This document shows positions 1 through 9,924 of a stretch of 64,000 bases of DNA, piece after piece. The notes beneath the pieces are model-generated. The model saw nothing but the letters and a program-made list of their open reading frames with translations. It searched no databases and was not told the DNA's origin. Positions within the stretch are counted from its first letter, which is position 1, and each line of letters starts with the position of its first letter. The position numbers and the translations under genes are program-made. This DNA comes from an uncultured Gemmatimonadales bacterium (GTDB lineage: Bacteria > Gemmatimonadota > Gemmatimonadetes > Longimicrobiales > RSA9), in the NCBI GenBank assembly GCA_963741945.1, contig CAVUKA010000005.1, forward strand, positions 384,001 through 448,000, in the 5' to 3' direction.

Positions 1-930
<930 letters not shown>

Positions 931-935
931 ACGGA

Positions 936-968
936 ACCATAGCACTGATTCTGGAACAGGTCAAGAAT
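936..968 (-). promoter_or_regulatory. Sigma70-type promoter with an overlapping FurA-like operator
   Basis: Minus strand reads TTGACC-17 nt-TATGGT. An imperfect palindrome, ATTCTTGACCTGTTCCAGAAT, covers the -35 element. Confidence 0.7.
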
Positions 969-1138
969 TGTGAACGGTCCGCGAAGACCGGGAGGGGGCC
1001 GTCGGACCCGCGGCCGAAGCGGGTTCAGCCGCGCGCAGCGGGGCCGGGGCGAGGCGCGCCGTCGACTGGGCGGTAGCGTTCTTGCACCGTACATTACAGG
1101 TCGGTTCGCACACCAACCCGCCGGTCTGCCGAGGACCC

Positions 1139-4100
1139 ATGGCGCCAGATCCCGAAACTGCAATGGAAGCGCCTCCCCGTCAGCCCCGGCACGTCCGGCT
1201 GGTGGGGATCGGCGCATCGGCCGGTGGTGTCCGGGCGCTTGGAGACTTCTTCCGTGCGCTTCCGAACGATCCCGGGCTGGCGTTCGTGGTGGTGATGCAC
1301 CTGTCGCCGGAGCACGAGAGTCAGCTCGCGGAGGTGCTGCAGTCGGATTCCAGTATTCCGGTGCGACAGGTCCAGGGCCGGACTCGGATCGAGGAGAATC
1401 ACGTGTACGTGATCCCCCCGAACCGCAACCTGGAGCTGACGGACGGCCACCTCGAGTTGTCGGAGTTCAGTGAGGTGCGGGGCCGGCGCACGCCCATCGA
1501 CACGTTCTTCCGGGGGCTGGCCACGGTCCATCCGGACGGGATCGGCATCCTCCTCTCCGGTTCGGGCACGGACGGCGTGGTGGGCCTGAAGGCGATCAAG
1601 GAGGGGGGCGGCATCATCATGGCCCAGTCGCCGGAGGAAGCGGAGTACGACACCATGCCCAGGAGCGCCATCGCGACCGGGCTGGTGGACTTCGTCCTGC
1701 CGGTGCGGGAGCTGGCGAGGAAGGTGCTCGAGCTGCGATCGGTGAAGGAAGCGTGGCGGCCGCCAGACCCGGACGGCCTCGAAGACGGTGAGGCGGAGGC
1801 GCTGCGCGCCATCCTCGCGGACGTCCAGACCCGGACGGGGCGAGACTTCCGCGGTTACAAGAAGAGCACCGTACTGCGCCGTATCGGGCGTCGCATGCAG
1901 GTCCACGGGTCGCGAGACCTCGAGCAGTACGTGGGCGTGCTGCGGGCGGATCCGGCGGAGCCGCAGGCGCTGCTCGAGGACCTCCTGATCAGCGTCACCA
2001 ACTTCTTCCGGGATCCCGAAGCGTTCGCCAAGCTGGAGCACACGGTGGTGCCCGCGCTGTTCGAGCGCGGCGAGCGTCCGCCGGAGGAGATCCGGGTGTG
2101 GGTGCCGGGGTGCGCGACCGGTGAGGAGGCCTACTCCGTGGCGATGCTGCTGGCGGAACAGGCCGAGCGGCGGGGCCTGGTGGAATCGGTGCAGGTGTTC
2201 GCCTCGGACCTCGACGCGCACGCGCTCGCGTATGCCCGGGAAGGGCTGTACCCGGATGCCATCGCCGCCGACGTGCCGCCGGGACGGCTGGAGCGGTTCT
2301 TCCGGCGGGAGGGGGCGTACTACCGGGTGCGGAAGGAGTTGCGGGATCTCGTGCTCTTCGCGGAGCACGACCTGCTCCGGGACCCGCCGTTCTCGCGTCT
2401 CGACCTGCTGACGTGCCGGAACCTCCTGATCTATCTGGAACGGGGCCTCCAGGAGCGCGTGGCGGAAGTTTTCCGGTACGCGCTGCGCCCCGGCGGTTTC
2501 CTTTTCCTGGGAAGCTCCGAAAGCCCGCCGGACCACGGCGGCTTCCAGGCAGTGGACAAGCAGCACCGCATCTATCGGCGCACCAGTGAGATCGAGGGGC
2601 CAGGGCCACTCCCGGACATGCCGCTCATCCCAGGCCCCCGGAGGCGATCGCCGGGCGAGCGCATCGAGACCGTGTCGCCGCAGCAGGAGGTTGCCGCCGC
2701 CGCAATGCACCGCCAGGCACTGGAGATGCACGCGCCCCCGAGCGTGCTGGTGGACGCAGGCCACAACATCCTCCACGTCTCGCCCGGAGCCCGCCGGTAC
2801 ATGGAGTTTCCCGCCGGCAGCCCGTCGGCGAACATCCTGAAAGTCAGCCGCCCTGAGCTCAGGGTCGAGCTCCGCAGCGTCCTGTATCACGCGCTCGACA
2901 AGGAGGGCGCCGCGCGCTCCGGCTGGGTGCGCGTGCACATCGAGGGCGAGGTGCGCCAGGTCGAGATGTATGCGGCACCCGCGCCCGTGGCCGAGGACCT
3001 GCCCCTCGCCCTGATCACATTCCTGGAGGCGCCGGTCGGGGCGGACCTGGAGCAGGCGGCGGACGGGGCCGATGCGTCGCGGCGGCTGGGCCACGTGGAA
3101 GCGGAGCTCGAGACATCCCGAACGCGGCTGCGCGAGCTGGTGGAGGCGTCGGAGACGCACCAGGAGAAGCTCAGGGCGGCGAACGAGGAGCTCCAGTCGA
3201 TCAACGAGGAGTACAGGTCGACGCTCGAGGAGCTGGAGACCAGCCGGGAGGAGCTCCAGGTCTCCAACGAGGAGCTCCGGACCGTCAACGAGGAGCTGAA
3301 CCGGAAGGTCGCGGAGCTGGCCAGCGCCAACGACGACCTCAACAACCTGATGGCGGCGACGGAGGTGCCCACCCTCTTCCTGGACCGCCGACTGCGCGTG
3401 CAGCGCTACACGCCCGCCCTCCAGACCATCTTCAACATCATGCCGGTGGACGAGGGGCGGCCGCTCGACCACCTGACGTACAGGGTCGACTACCCGGAGC
3501 TCCGGCAGGACTGCCAGGATGTTCTCGACCGGCTACAGCCCGTCGAGCGCGAGATCGGCAATGGCAGCGGCCACTCCTGGCTCGTGCGGATCACACCCTA
3601 CCGCTCCGACGAGGACCGGATCGGCGGCGTCGTGGTCACGTTCACGGATGTCTCACGCGTGCGCGAGGCCCAGCGCTCCGTCCGTGAGAGCGAGGAGCGA
3701 TTCCGGGCGCTCGTGGACGCCACGGCCGAGATCGTATGGTCGACCAACCCCGAGGGTGTCGCGGTGCGGGACTCCCCGAGCTGGCGGGGTTTCACCGGGC
3801 AAACGGAGGAGGAATGGCTGGGCTTGGGCTCGCTCGATGTCGTCCACCCCGACGACCGGGAGCGGGCCGCCGAGACGTGGCAGACCGCCGTTTCGGAACG
3901 CCGGCCCATGGACACGGAGTTCCGCCTCTGGCACGCCCGCTCGCAGACGTGGCGGCTGACTTCCGCCCGCGCTGTCCCGCTTCGGGGCGCGGACGGCAAC
4001 ATCCGCGAATGGGTGGGGATGAACACCGACATCACCCAGGAACGGGAGCGGGAGCGGGAGCTCCTCGACGCGAAAGCGGCGGCCGAGCGGGCAGCGGAGG

Positions 4101-4801
4101 TGAAGAGTCAGTTCCTCGCCACCATGAGCCATGAGCTGCGGACGCCGCTCACGGCCGTCATCGGCATTGCCGATCTCATGGAAACCGAGGTGGTCGGCCC
4201 GATGAACCCGAAGCAGAAGAAGCACCTCCAGCGGATCAAGAGAGCCGCCTGGCACCTGGTCACCATCATCGAGGAAGTACTCACCTTCTCGCGCTCCGAC
4301 GCCGGCCGAACGGAGCTCCACCGGAGCACGATCGACCTCGCCGCCATCGCACGGGAGGTCGTGGACATACTGGGGCTGGAAGCCGAAGAGAAGGGGCTCC
4401 GGCTGACAGTGCACGGAGCGGAGCGGCCGGAGTTCATCTTCGGGGATGCAGGCAAGATCCGACAGGTCGTGACGAACCTCGTTGGCAACGCCATCAAGTT
4501 CACCGATGCCGGCGAGGTCGTGGTCCGGCTGGAGCCCGGTCAGCGGGATGTCGCGCTGCATGTGACCGATACGGGGCCCGGTATAGCGCCCGACCAGCAC
4601 GACGAGATCTTCGAGCCGTTCACCCAGGCCGACAACTCCACCACACGGTCCAAGGGCGGGGTCGGGCTCGGGCTCGCAGTGTCACTCCGGCTCGCGCGCC
4701 TCATGAACGGTGAGATCGAGCTCGAGAGCACGGCGGGCGAAGGCGCGACCTTCACGTTCCGTCTGCCCCGGGAGCCGGAGCCCGGCAACGGCCGGGAATA
4801 G
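1139..4801 (+). CDS. CheB methylesterase-CheR methyltransferase-coiled coil-PAS-histidine kinase fusion
   Basis: CheB motifs GIGASAGG, VMHL and SGSGTDG; CheR motifs ISVTNFFRD, GCATGEEAYS and CRNLLIY; EELQSINEE coiled coil; PAS (VHPDDRER); HisKA HELRTPL; HATPase NLVGNAIKFT and GLGL. Confidence 0.93.
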   Translation: MAPDPETAMEAPPRQPRHVRLVGIGASAGGVRALGDFFRALPNDPGLAFVVVMHLSPEHESQLAEVLQSDSSIPVRQVQGRTRIEENHVYVIPPNRNLELTDGHLELSEFSEVRGRRTPIDTFFRGLATVHPDGIGILLSGSGTDGVVGLKAIKEGGGIIMAQSPEEAEYDTMPRSAIATGLVDFVLPVRELARKVLELRSVKEAWRPPDPDGLEDGEAEALRAILADVQTRTGRDFRGYKKSTVLRRIGRRMQVHGSRDLEQYVGVLRADPAEPQALLEDLLISVTNFFRDPEAFAKLEHTVVPALFERGERPPEEIRVWVPGCATGEEAYSVAMLLAEQAERRGLVESVQVFASDLDAHALAYAREGLYPDAIAADVPPGRLERFFRREGAYYRVRKELRDLVLFAEHDLLRDPPFSRLDLLTCRNLLIYLERGLQERVAEVFRYALRPGGFLFLGSSESPPDHGGFQAVDKQHRIYRRTSEIEGPGPLPDMPLIPGPRRRSPGERIETVSPQQEVAAAAMHRQALEMHAPPSVLVDAGHNILHVSPGARRYMEFPAGSPSANILKVSRPELRVELRSVLYHALDKEGAARSGWVRVHIEGEVRQVEMYAAPAPVAEDLPLALITFLEAPVGADLEQAADGADASRRLGHVEAELETSRTRLRELVEASETHQEKLRAANEELQSINEEYRSTLEELETSREELQVSNEELRTVNEELNRKVAELASANDDLNNLMAATEVPTLFLDRRLRVQRYTPALQTIFNIMPVDEGRPLDHLTYRVDYPELRQDCQDVLDRLQPVEREIGNGSGHSWLVRITPYRSDEDRIGGVVVTFTDVSRVREAQRSVRESEERFRALVDATAEIVWSTNPEGVAVRDSPSWRGFTGQTEEEWLGLGSLDVVHPDDRERAAETWQTAVSERRPMDTEFRLWHARSQTWRLTSARAVPLRGADGNIREWVGMNTDITQERERERELLDAKAAAERAAEVKSQFLATMSHELRTPLTAVIGIADLMETEVVGPMNPKQKKHLQRIKRAAWHLVTIIEEVLTFSRSDAGRTELHRSTIDLAAIAREVVDILGLEAEEKGLRLTVHGAERPEFIFGDAGKIRQVVTNLVGNAIKFTDAGEVVVRLEPGQRDVALHVTDTGPGIAPDQHDEIFEPFTQADNSTTRSKGGVGLGLAVSLRLARLMNGEIELESTAGEGATFTFRLPREPEPGNGRE

Positions 4802-5017
4802 ACGACGGCCCGTCCGCACCCGTGGCATCGCTGGTGGCGTGGGGCCCCAGCCGTTAGATTCGAGCAGCCAAGTGAACGACGCCCGGTGCGCGCAATCGCC
4901 GTCCGCCGGTGCACGCCCCGGCGACCCTGGCCGTGAGCCGCGGTCCCAGCGCCCGTCCAGGGCGGCTGCCGTGCCCCGTCGCTCGACCTGGAGATCCCCC
5001 AGTCGCCAGGAGGGCGC

Positions 5018-5335
5018 ATGACCAGTCACCTGTCGCTCGGCACCACCCCCACCTCCCGGGGACGACGCAGCCTGCGCGTCGACCCCGAGCAGTCCCCCGG
5101 ATGGGTGGCCGGCTCGGAGCGTATCCCCGGTCCCGGCGAACGGGTCCACACCCACGAGGGGACCGGTGTCGTCGTCCGCATCCTCAACAAGACCGCCGAC
5201 GGCGGCCGCGTCCTCGAGGTGTCCATGGACGACGGACGCAAACAGCCGTTCTTCGCCGCCACCGCGAACGTGCGTGTCCGGCCGCTGGCCTCTGGCGACC
5301 TGAGCGCTGGCGACGGAGTGGCGTCCGACCACTGA
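5018..5335 (+). CDS. Small hypothetical protein (possible SH3/KOW-like beta domain)
   Basis: AGGAGG RBS before the ATG, GC3-biased codons and a beta-strand-like residue pattern. Confidence 0.65.
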   Translation: MTSHLSLGTTPTSRGRRSLRVDPEQSPGWVAGSERIPGPGERVHTHEGTGVVVRILNKTADGGRVLEVSMDDGRKQPFFAATANVRVRPLASGDLSAGDGVASDH

Positions 5336-5544
5336 TGCGGTGATCCCTACCCCTCCGCTCCGACCCGCCCGGGTCGGTGGCGGAAGCGTTGTGTTCGGCT
5401 CCACACCTTCGCAGTAGGGCTTCGGTAGCCCGCCCGATTGCGTGGTGTGGGGCGGAGCCCGTATCCGGATGCAGGATTTCCCCCACTGACAGCTGCGGTA
5501 GTGCGTGCAATCTTTTAATCGACTTCTCGATTGCAGGGGGATGC

Positions 5545-5949
5545 ATGGACCGGCTGGACGAGATCTTCAAGGCGCTGTCCAACGAGACGCGGCTCCGCAT
5601 CATGGGGCTGATCTTCCGCCATGGGCCCCTGTGCGTCTGCGAGGTGGAGCAGATCCTGGGGATCACGCAGCCGAAGGCATCGCGGCACCTTCGTTACCTG
5701 CGCGACGCGGGTGTGCTGGAGGACGAGCGTGAGGGTCTGCTGGTGAACTACGGGCTGCCCAGTCGCCCGGACGGTGACCTTTCGGCGATCCTGGTGCTGC
5801 TGCGCGGGCTGCTGTGGGACCGTCCGCTCCCGGACGCGGGGCCGCTGCTGGTCGAGATCCGGGATGCGCGAGCGGAGGGTCGGTCGGCGGAGGATGCGGT
5901 GCGGTGCAGTGGTCGGTGGAACGCGGCGGCTGCGGCGGCAGCCGGCTGA
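5545..5949 (+). CDS. arsR: ArsR/SmtB-family repressor
   Basis: FKALSNETRLRI, LCVCE metal-binding box and SRHLRYLRDAG. Confidence 0.9.
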   Translation: MDRLDEIFKALSNETRLRIMGLIFRHGPLCVCEVEQILGITQPKASRHLRYLRDAGVLEDEREGLLVNYGLPSRPDGDLSAILVLLRGLLWDRPLPDAGPLLVEIRDARAEGRSAEDAVRCSGRWNAAAAAAAG

Positions 5950-5962
5950 GGGGGGGCCGGGG

Positions 5963-7369
5963 ATGCCAGGGTCGACGTCGGCGGCGGAGGGGATGGAGGA
6001 GCGTGGAGGTCGGTGGCGTCGTCTCGCCGGGTGGTGGGAGCGGCGGCGGGCTCAGGCGGGCGCCACGGACTGGGGCTCGGAGTGGAAGCCGCTGGCGTGG
6101 ATCGGCGGTGTGTTCCTCCTCTTCTACTTCCTCCCGGTTGGCAACGCCCGCTTCGATGGTGCGGTCACGGAAGCGCTGGCGCTGACGAAGTGGTACGCGC
6201 GGGAGCACGTTCTGCTGTGCCTGGTTCCCGCGTTCTACATTGCCGGCGCCATCTCGGTCTTCCTGAGCCAGGAAGCGGTGCTGAAGTACCTCGGTCCGCG
6301 AGCGCCGAAGCCGGTGGCCTACGGCGTCGCTTCGGTCTCGGGGTCGCTGCTGGCGGTCTGCTCGTGCACCGTTCTGCCGCTGTTCGGCGGGATCTACGCC
6401 AACGGCGCGGGCCTCGGCCCCGCGTCCGCGTTCCTCTACGCTGGCCCGGCGATCAACGTGCTTGCGATCGTGCTCACGGCGAACGTGCTGGGCGTGGAGA
6501 TCGGGATCGCCAGGGCGGCAGGCGCGGTCGTGTTCGCGCTGGTGATCGGGCTCCTCATGCACGTGATCTTCCGCCGTTCGGAGATGGAGCGGTCGGGGCA
6601 GTGGATGGCTGGCCCCGAAGCCGGGGACGCCGGGGGCCGGCCGCTGTGGCAGACCGCCACCTTCTTCGGTGCAATGGTGGCCGTTCTGGTCTTCGCCAAC
6701 TGGGGTGCGCCCGAGTCCTCGCGTGGCTTCTGGTTCGCCGTGTACGCCGCGAAATGGAAGCTGACGGCCGGATCCGCGCTGGTGCTGGCGTACGCGCTGG
6801 TCCGGTGGATCGGCATGAGCGCCATCGAAGTAGTGGCGACGGCGGGCGTCACGACCGCGCTCGCGCTGCTCTTCCCGCGGGAGCCCCTCGTTCCTTTCGC
6901 GGCTGCCGCGGTGGGGCTGTCGCTGATCGGAAGCACGAGCGGGGGCGAGGCGGGCGAGTGGTTCAGCGCTTCGTGGGGCTTCGCCAAGCAGATCTTCCCG
7001 CTCCTCTTCATCGGGATCCTCGTTGCCGGGCTGCTCCTGGGCCGCCCCGGCCACGAAGGGCTGGTCCCGTCCTCGTGGGTGGCCGGAGCGGTGGGAGGCA
7101 ACTCGCTGGGCGCCAACCTTTTCGCCTCCGTGGCCGGCGCGTTCATGTACTTCGCCACCCTGACCGAGGTGCCGATCCTCCAGGGGCTGATCGGCGCCGG
7201 AATGGGCAAGGGGCCGGCCCTCACCCTGCTCCTCGCCGGGCCCGCCCTCTCGCTCCCGAGCATCCTCGTGATCCGGAGCTTCATCGGGACCCGGAAGACG
7301 CTGGTGTTCTTGACGCTGACGGTGACGATGGCCACCGCAGCCGGGATGATCTACGGCGTGATCGCCTGA
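5963..7369 (+). CDS. arsP: ArsP/DUF318 permease (organoarsenical efflux family)
   Basis: LAVCSCTVLPLF, AFLYAGPAIN, YFATLTEVPI and LLAGPALSLPS motifs; many transmembrane segments. Confidence 0.85.
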   Translation: MPGSTSAAEGMEERGGRWRRLAGWWERRRAQAGATDWGSEWKPLAWIGGVFLLFYFLPVGNARFDGAVTEALALTKWYAREHVLLCLVPAFYIAGAISVFLSQEAVLKYLGPRAPKPVAYGVASVSGSLLAVCSCTVLPLFGGIYANGAGLGPASAFLYAGPAINVLAIVLTANVLGVEIGIARAAGAVVFALVIGLLMHVIFRRSEMERSGQWMAGPEAGDAGGRPLWQTATFFGAMVAVLVFANWGAPESSRGFWFAVYAAKWKLTAGSALVLAYALVRWIGMSAIEVVATAGVTTALALLFPREPLVPFAAAAVGLSLIGSTSGGEAGEWFSASWGFAKQIFPLLFIGILVAGLLLGRPGHEGLVPSSWVAGAVGGNSLGANLFASVAGAFMYFATLTEVPILQGLIGAGMGKGPALTLLLAGPALSLPSILVIRSFIGTRKTLVFLTLTVTMATAAGMIYGVIA

Positions 7370-7420
7370 CGCGGTCGCGGCCGGACCGACCAGGACACGA
7401 AACGGACGGAGAGCACGAGA

Positions 7421-7672
7421 ATGAAGGTACAGATCCTCGGGACCGGCTGTCCCAAGTGCAGGGCGCTCACCGCCAACACGGAGAAGGCCATCGCAGAGCT
7501 CGGCATCAGCGCCGAGATCGAGAAGGTGGAGAAGATCAGGGACATCGCGCGCATGGGCGTGGCCATGACGCCCGCTCTGGCCGTGGATGGGCAGGTGAAG
7601 TCCGCCGGGCACCTGCTCTCGGTGGGCCAGGTCAAGAAGCTGCTGGCCGGGGACGGGGCTGCCGGATCGTAG
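7421..7672 (+). CDS. Small thioredoxin-like redox-active disulfide protein (MTH895 type)
   Basis: MKVQILGTGCPKC and TPALAVDG; this family commonly sits beside DUF318 permeases. Confidence 0.88.
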   Translation: MKVQILGTGCPKCRALTANTEKAIAELGISAEIEKVEKIRDIARMGVAMTPALAVDGQVKSAGHLLSVGQVKKLLAGDGAAGS

Positions 7673-7710
7673 GACGCCCACCCAGCACCGGGGTCAGGGG
7701 CCCGCGCGGC

Positions 7711-8475
7711 TCAGGATGCCGGCCGCACCCCCGCCCCACCCACTGCCAGGTGCTCGGCAAAATCGTCCGGCAGCTCGCTCTCCCGGATCGCGGCCGTCGC
7801 CCGCTCGAGATCGTAGTCGACACGGGCGAGCTCGACCGAAACGGCCTCCCCGTCCATCTCCACGAGCACGTAGCCCGCGCGCCAGTCCCCGTCCTTGGGA
7901 CGTCCCACGGAGCCCGTGTTGACGAAGTGGATCCCGGCCACGGTCCGGTGCCACGGCTTGTGCGTGTGCCCGAACGCGACCACGTCGCCCGCTTTCGCGG
8001 CGAGCTTCTCCGCCATCTGCAGGCAGAACCGGTCGGAGCGGTCCTCCGTCCAGTAGACGGTGTTGAGAACCGGGTTGCCGTGCACCAGGATCAGCCGCGG
8101 GCCGGCCGTATGCCCGCCGAGCGGGCGGATGTCGATCCGGAACGGCAGGCTCCCTAACCAGGCCTTCGTGGCCGCCGAGACGTGCGCCCGCGTCCATGCG
8201 TAGCTCACGTGACTCAGCTCCTCCTGGCGCGGGTCCTCGTACGCGCACCCACAGTGCTCGTAGTCCGTGGCCGTGGTCGAGTCGTAGTTGCCGGCCACGC
8301 CCTGGATCCCGCGCTCGCGCAACAGCATCACCACCTCGTTCGGCCACGGCGCATACCCCACCAGGTCCCCGAGATGGTAGGTCCCCGCCAGCACGCTCCG
8401 CGCGTCAATGTCGGCCAGCACCGCTTCCAGCGCCGGCAGGTTGGCGTGGATGTCACTGATCAGCGCGTATCGCAC
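7711..8475 (-). CDS. Metallophosphoesterase (calcineurin-like)
   Basis: DIH, GDLVG, GNYD, VHG, GHTH and NTGSVG motifs, plus an extra HCGC. Confidence 0.9.
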   Translation of the reverse strand: MRYALISDIHANLPALEAVLADIDARSVLAGTYHLGDLVGYAPWPNEVVMLLRERGIQGVAGNYDSTTATDYEHCGCAYEDPRQEELSHVSYAWTRAHVSAATKAWLGSLPFRIDIRPLGGHTAGPRLILVHGNPVLNTVYWTEDRSDRFCLQMAEKLAAKAGDVVAFGHTHKPWHRTVAGIHFVNTGSVGRPKDGDWRAGYVLVEMDGEAVSVELARVDYDLERATAAIRESELPDDFAEHLAVGGAGVRPAS

Positions 8476-8476
8476 G

Positions 8477-9379
8477 TCACTCCTCCATGATCGGCTTCGC
8501 CACCACGGACGCGGGCGCGGCCACGGCGGCGGGCGCGTTCTCGCCCAGCGGCTTCCGCGCCCTCACGAACGCCGACATGATCCGACCCTCCACCGCCTCC
8601 GCGACCACGTCCGCGTCCAGCCCCGCCTCCGCGAGAAACGACCGCGCGTCCGCCGGCTCGTACACCCGCGTCGGCTCCAGGCTAGGGTCCTCGAACCCCA
8701 CCTCCGCGAGCAGCGCCTCGAACTCCCGCTCATCCAGCGCACCCGCGACACACCCCACCCACAGCTCCATGCTCCGCCGCACTTCCGCCGGAATCTCGCC
8801 CCGCGTCACCACGTCCGAGACCGCGAAGCGACCGCCCGGCTTCAGCACCCGGAACGCCTCCTTCAACACCTGCCGCTTGTCCGCCGACAGATTGATCACG
8901 CAGTTGCTGATGACCACGTCCACGCTCCCGTCCGGCAGCGGGATGGCCTCGATGTCGCCCTTCAGGAACTCCACGTTCCCGGCCCCCGCCTCCGCCGCGT
9001 TCCGCCGCGCCAGCGCCAGCATCTCGTCCGTCATGTCCAGCCCGAACGCCTTCCCCCCAGCACCCACCCGCTTCGCGCTCAACAGCACATCGATCCCGCC
9101 GCCACTCCCCAGGTCCAGCACCACCTCGCCTTCGTTCAGCTCCGCCAGCGCCGTGGGATTCCCGCACCCCAGCGATGCCAGCACCGCCGCCTCCGGCAGC
9201 GACGACGCCGTTACCGCGTCGTACAGGTCCCGCGTGATCGGATCCGCGAAGCCACCATCCCCCTGCGTGTCCCCGCACCCGCACGACGTCCCGCAACACG
9301 TCCCCTTCTCCCCCGTCACCACCCGCAGCGCCGCCTCCCCGTACTTCTGCCGCACCACCGCCTTCACGTTCTCGCTCAT
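8477..9379 (-). CDS. arsM: Arsenite S-adenosylmethionine methyltransferase
   Basis: N-terminal CC, SLGCGNP, VLDLGSGGG, ISNCVINL and WVGCVAGA. Confidence 0.93.
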   Translation of the reverse strand: MSENVKAVVRQKYGEAALRVVTGEKGTCCGTSCGCGDTQGDGGFADPITRDLYDAVTASSLPEAAVLASLGCGNPTALAELNEGEVVLDLGSGGGIDVLLSAKRVGAGGKAFGLDMTDEMLALARRNAAEAGAGNVEFLKGDIEAIPLPDGSVDVVISNCVINLSADKRQVLKEAFRVLKPGGRFAVSDVVTRGEIPAEVRRSMELWVGCVAGALDEREFEALLAEVGFEDPSLEPTRVYEPADARSFLAEAGLDADVVAEAVEGRIMSAFVRARKPLGENAPAAVAAPASVVAKPIMEE

Positions 9380-9390
9380 GGGCCACTCCG

Positions 9391-9408
9391 CATCAACAGA
9401 AATTGATG
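9391..9408. promoter_or_regulatory. ArsR operator upstream of arsM
   Basis: Perfect inverted repeat CATCAA-cagaaa-TTGATG, matching the ArsR-type ATCAA-N6-TTGAT pattern. Confidence 0.75.
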
Positions 9409-9438
9409 TTATCCACCAAAAAAATTCGCCCTCCCCCA

Positions 9439-9768
9439 TCACCCGCAGCAGTCACCCGAACGGCGCACCGGCAGCCATCCGGCCGCTGGCTTCACCTCGC
9501 CCAGGAACGAGCGCATCTCCTCCAGCGCGTCCGGCACCAGCGAGTAGTACACCCAGCGGCCGTCGCGCCGGTCCGACACCACTCCGGCGTCCTTGAGCTT
9601 CTTCAGATGGAACGACAGCCGGGACTGCGCCGCGTCCAGCTCCTCCTGAAGCTCGCACACGCACCGCTCCCCACCCGCAAGCAGCTGGACCAGGCGGAAT
9701 CGCGTCTCTTCGGCCACGGCCTGGAACCGCTGGAGCAGCGCGTCGTCCGGGAGGATCTCGTTCGGCAT
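9439..9768 (-). CDS. arsR: ArsR/SmtB-family repressor
   Basis: ERCVCEL, SRLSFHLKKLKDAG, GRWVYYSL and a C-terminal CC. Confidence 0.92.
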   Translation of the reverse strand: MPNEILPDDALLQRFQAVAEETRFRLVQLLAGGERCVCELQEELDAAQSRLSFHLKKLKDAGVVSDRRDGRWVYYSLVPDALEEMRSFLGEVKPAAGWLPVRRSGDCCG

Positions 9769-9774
9769 GGCCGG

Positions 9775-9804
9775 ATAATGCATCAACGATCATCGATATG
9801 TCAA
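9775..9804 (-). promoter_or_regulatory. Promoter and ArsR operator of the arsR-arsM operon
   Basis: Minus strand reads TTGACA-18 nt-CATTAT. The spacer holds CATCAA-cgatca-TCGATA (9781-9798), a near copy of the 9391 site. Confidence 0.72.
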
Positions 9805-9924
9805 GCCCCCGGTCGGCGCCACGCCCACCGCGTCCGCTCGCAGGCCGGCCGGTGGAGCAGGTCATCGGCGGGGCGTCCGGGTCAGCCGTGGGCCTGGCAG
9901 TGGCAGCCCGTGCCCTCCGGGTCC

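Noticed and set aside
1094-3472. Long antisense and alternate-frame ORFs (also 5663-7681, 34206-36701, 43846-45822, 58357-60228 and others)
   Set aside because: They overlap well-supported genes and have no motifs; such ORFs are expected from stop-codon scarcity at high GC.
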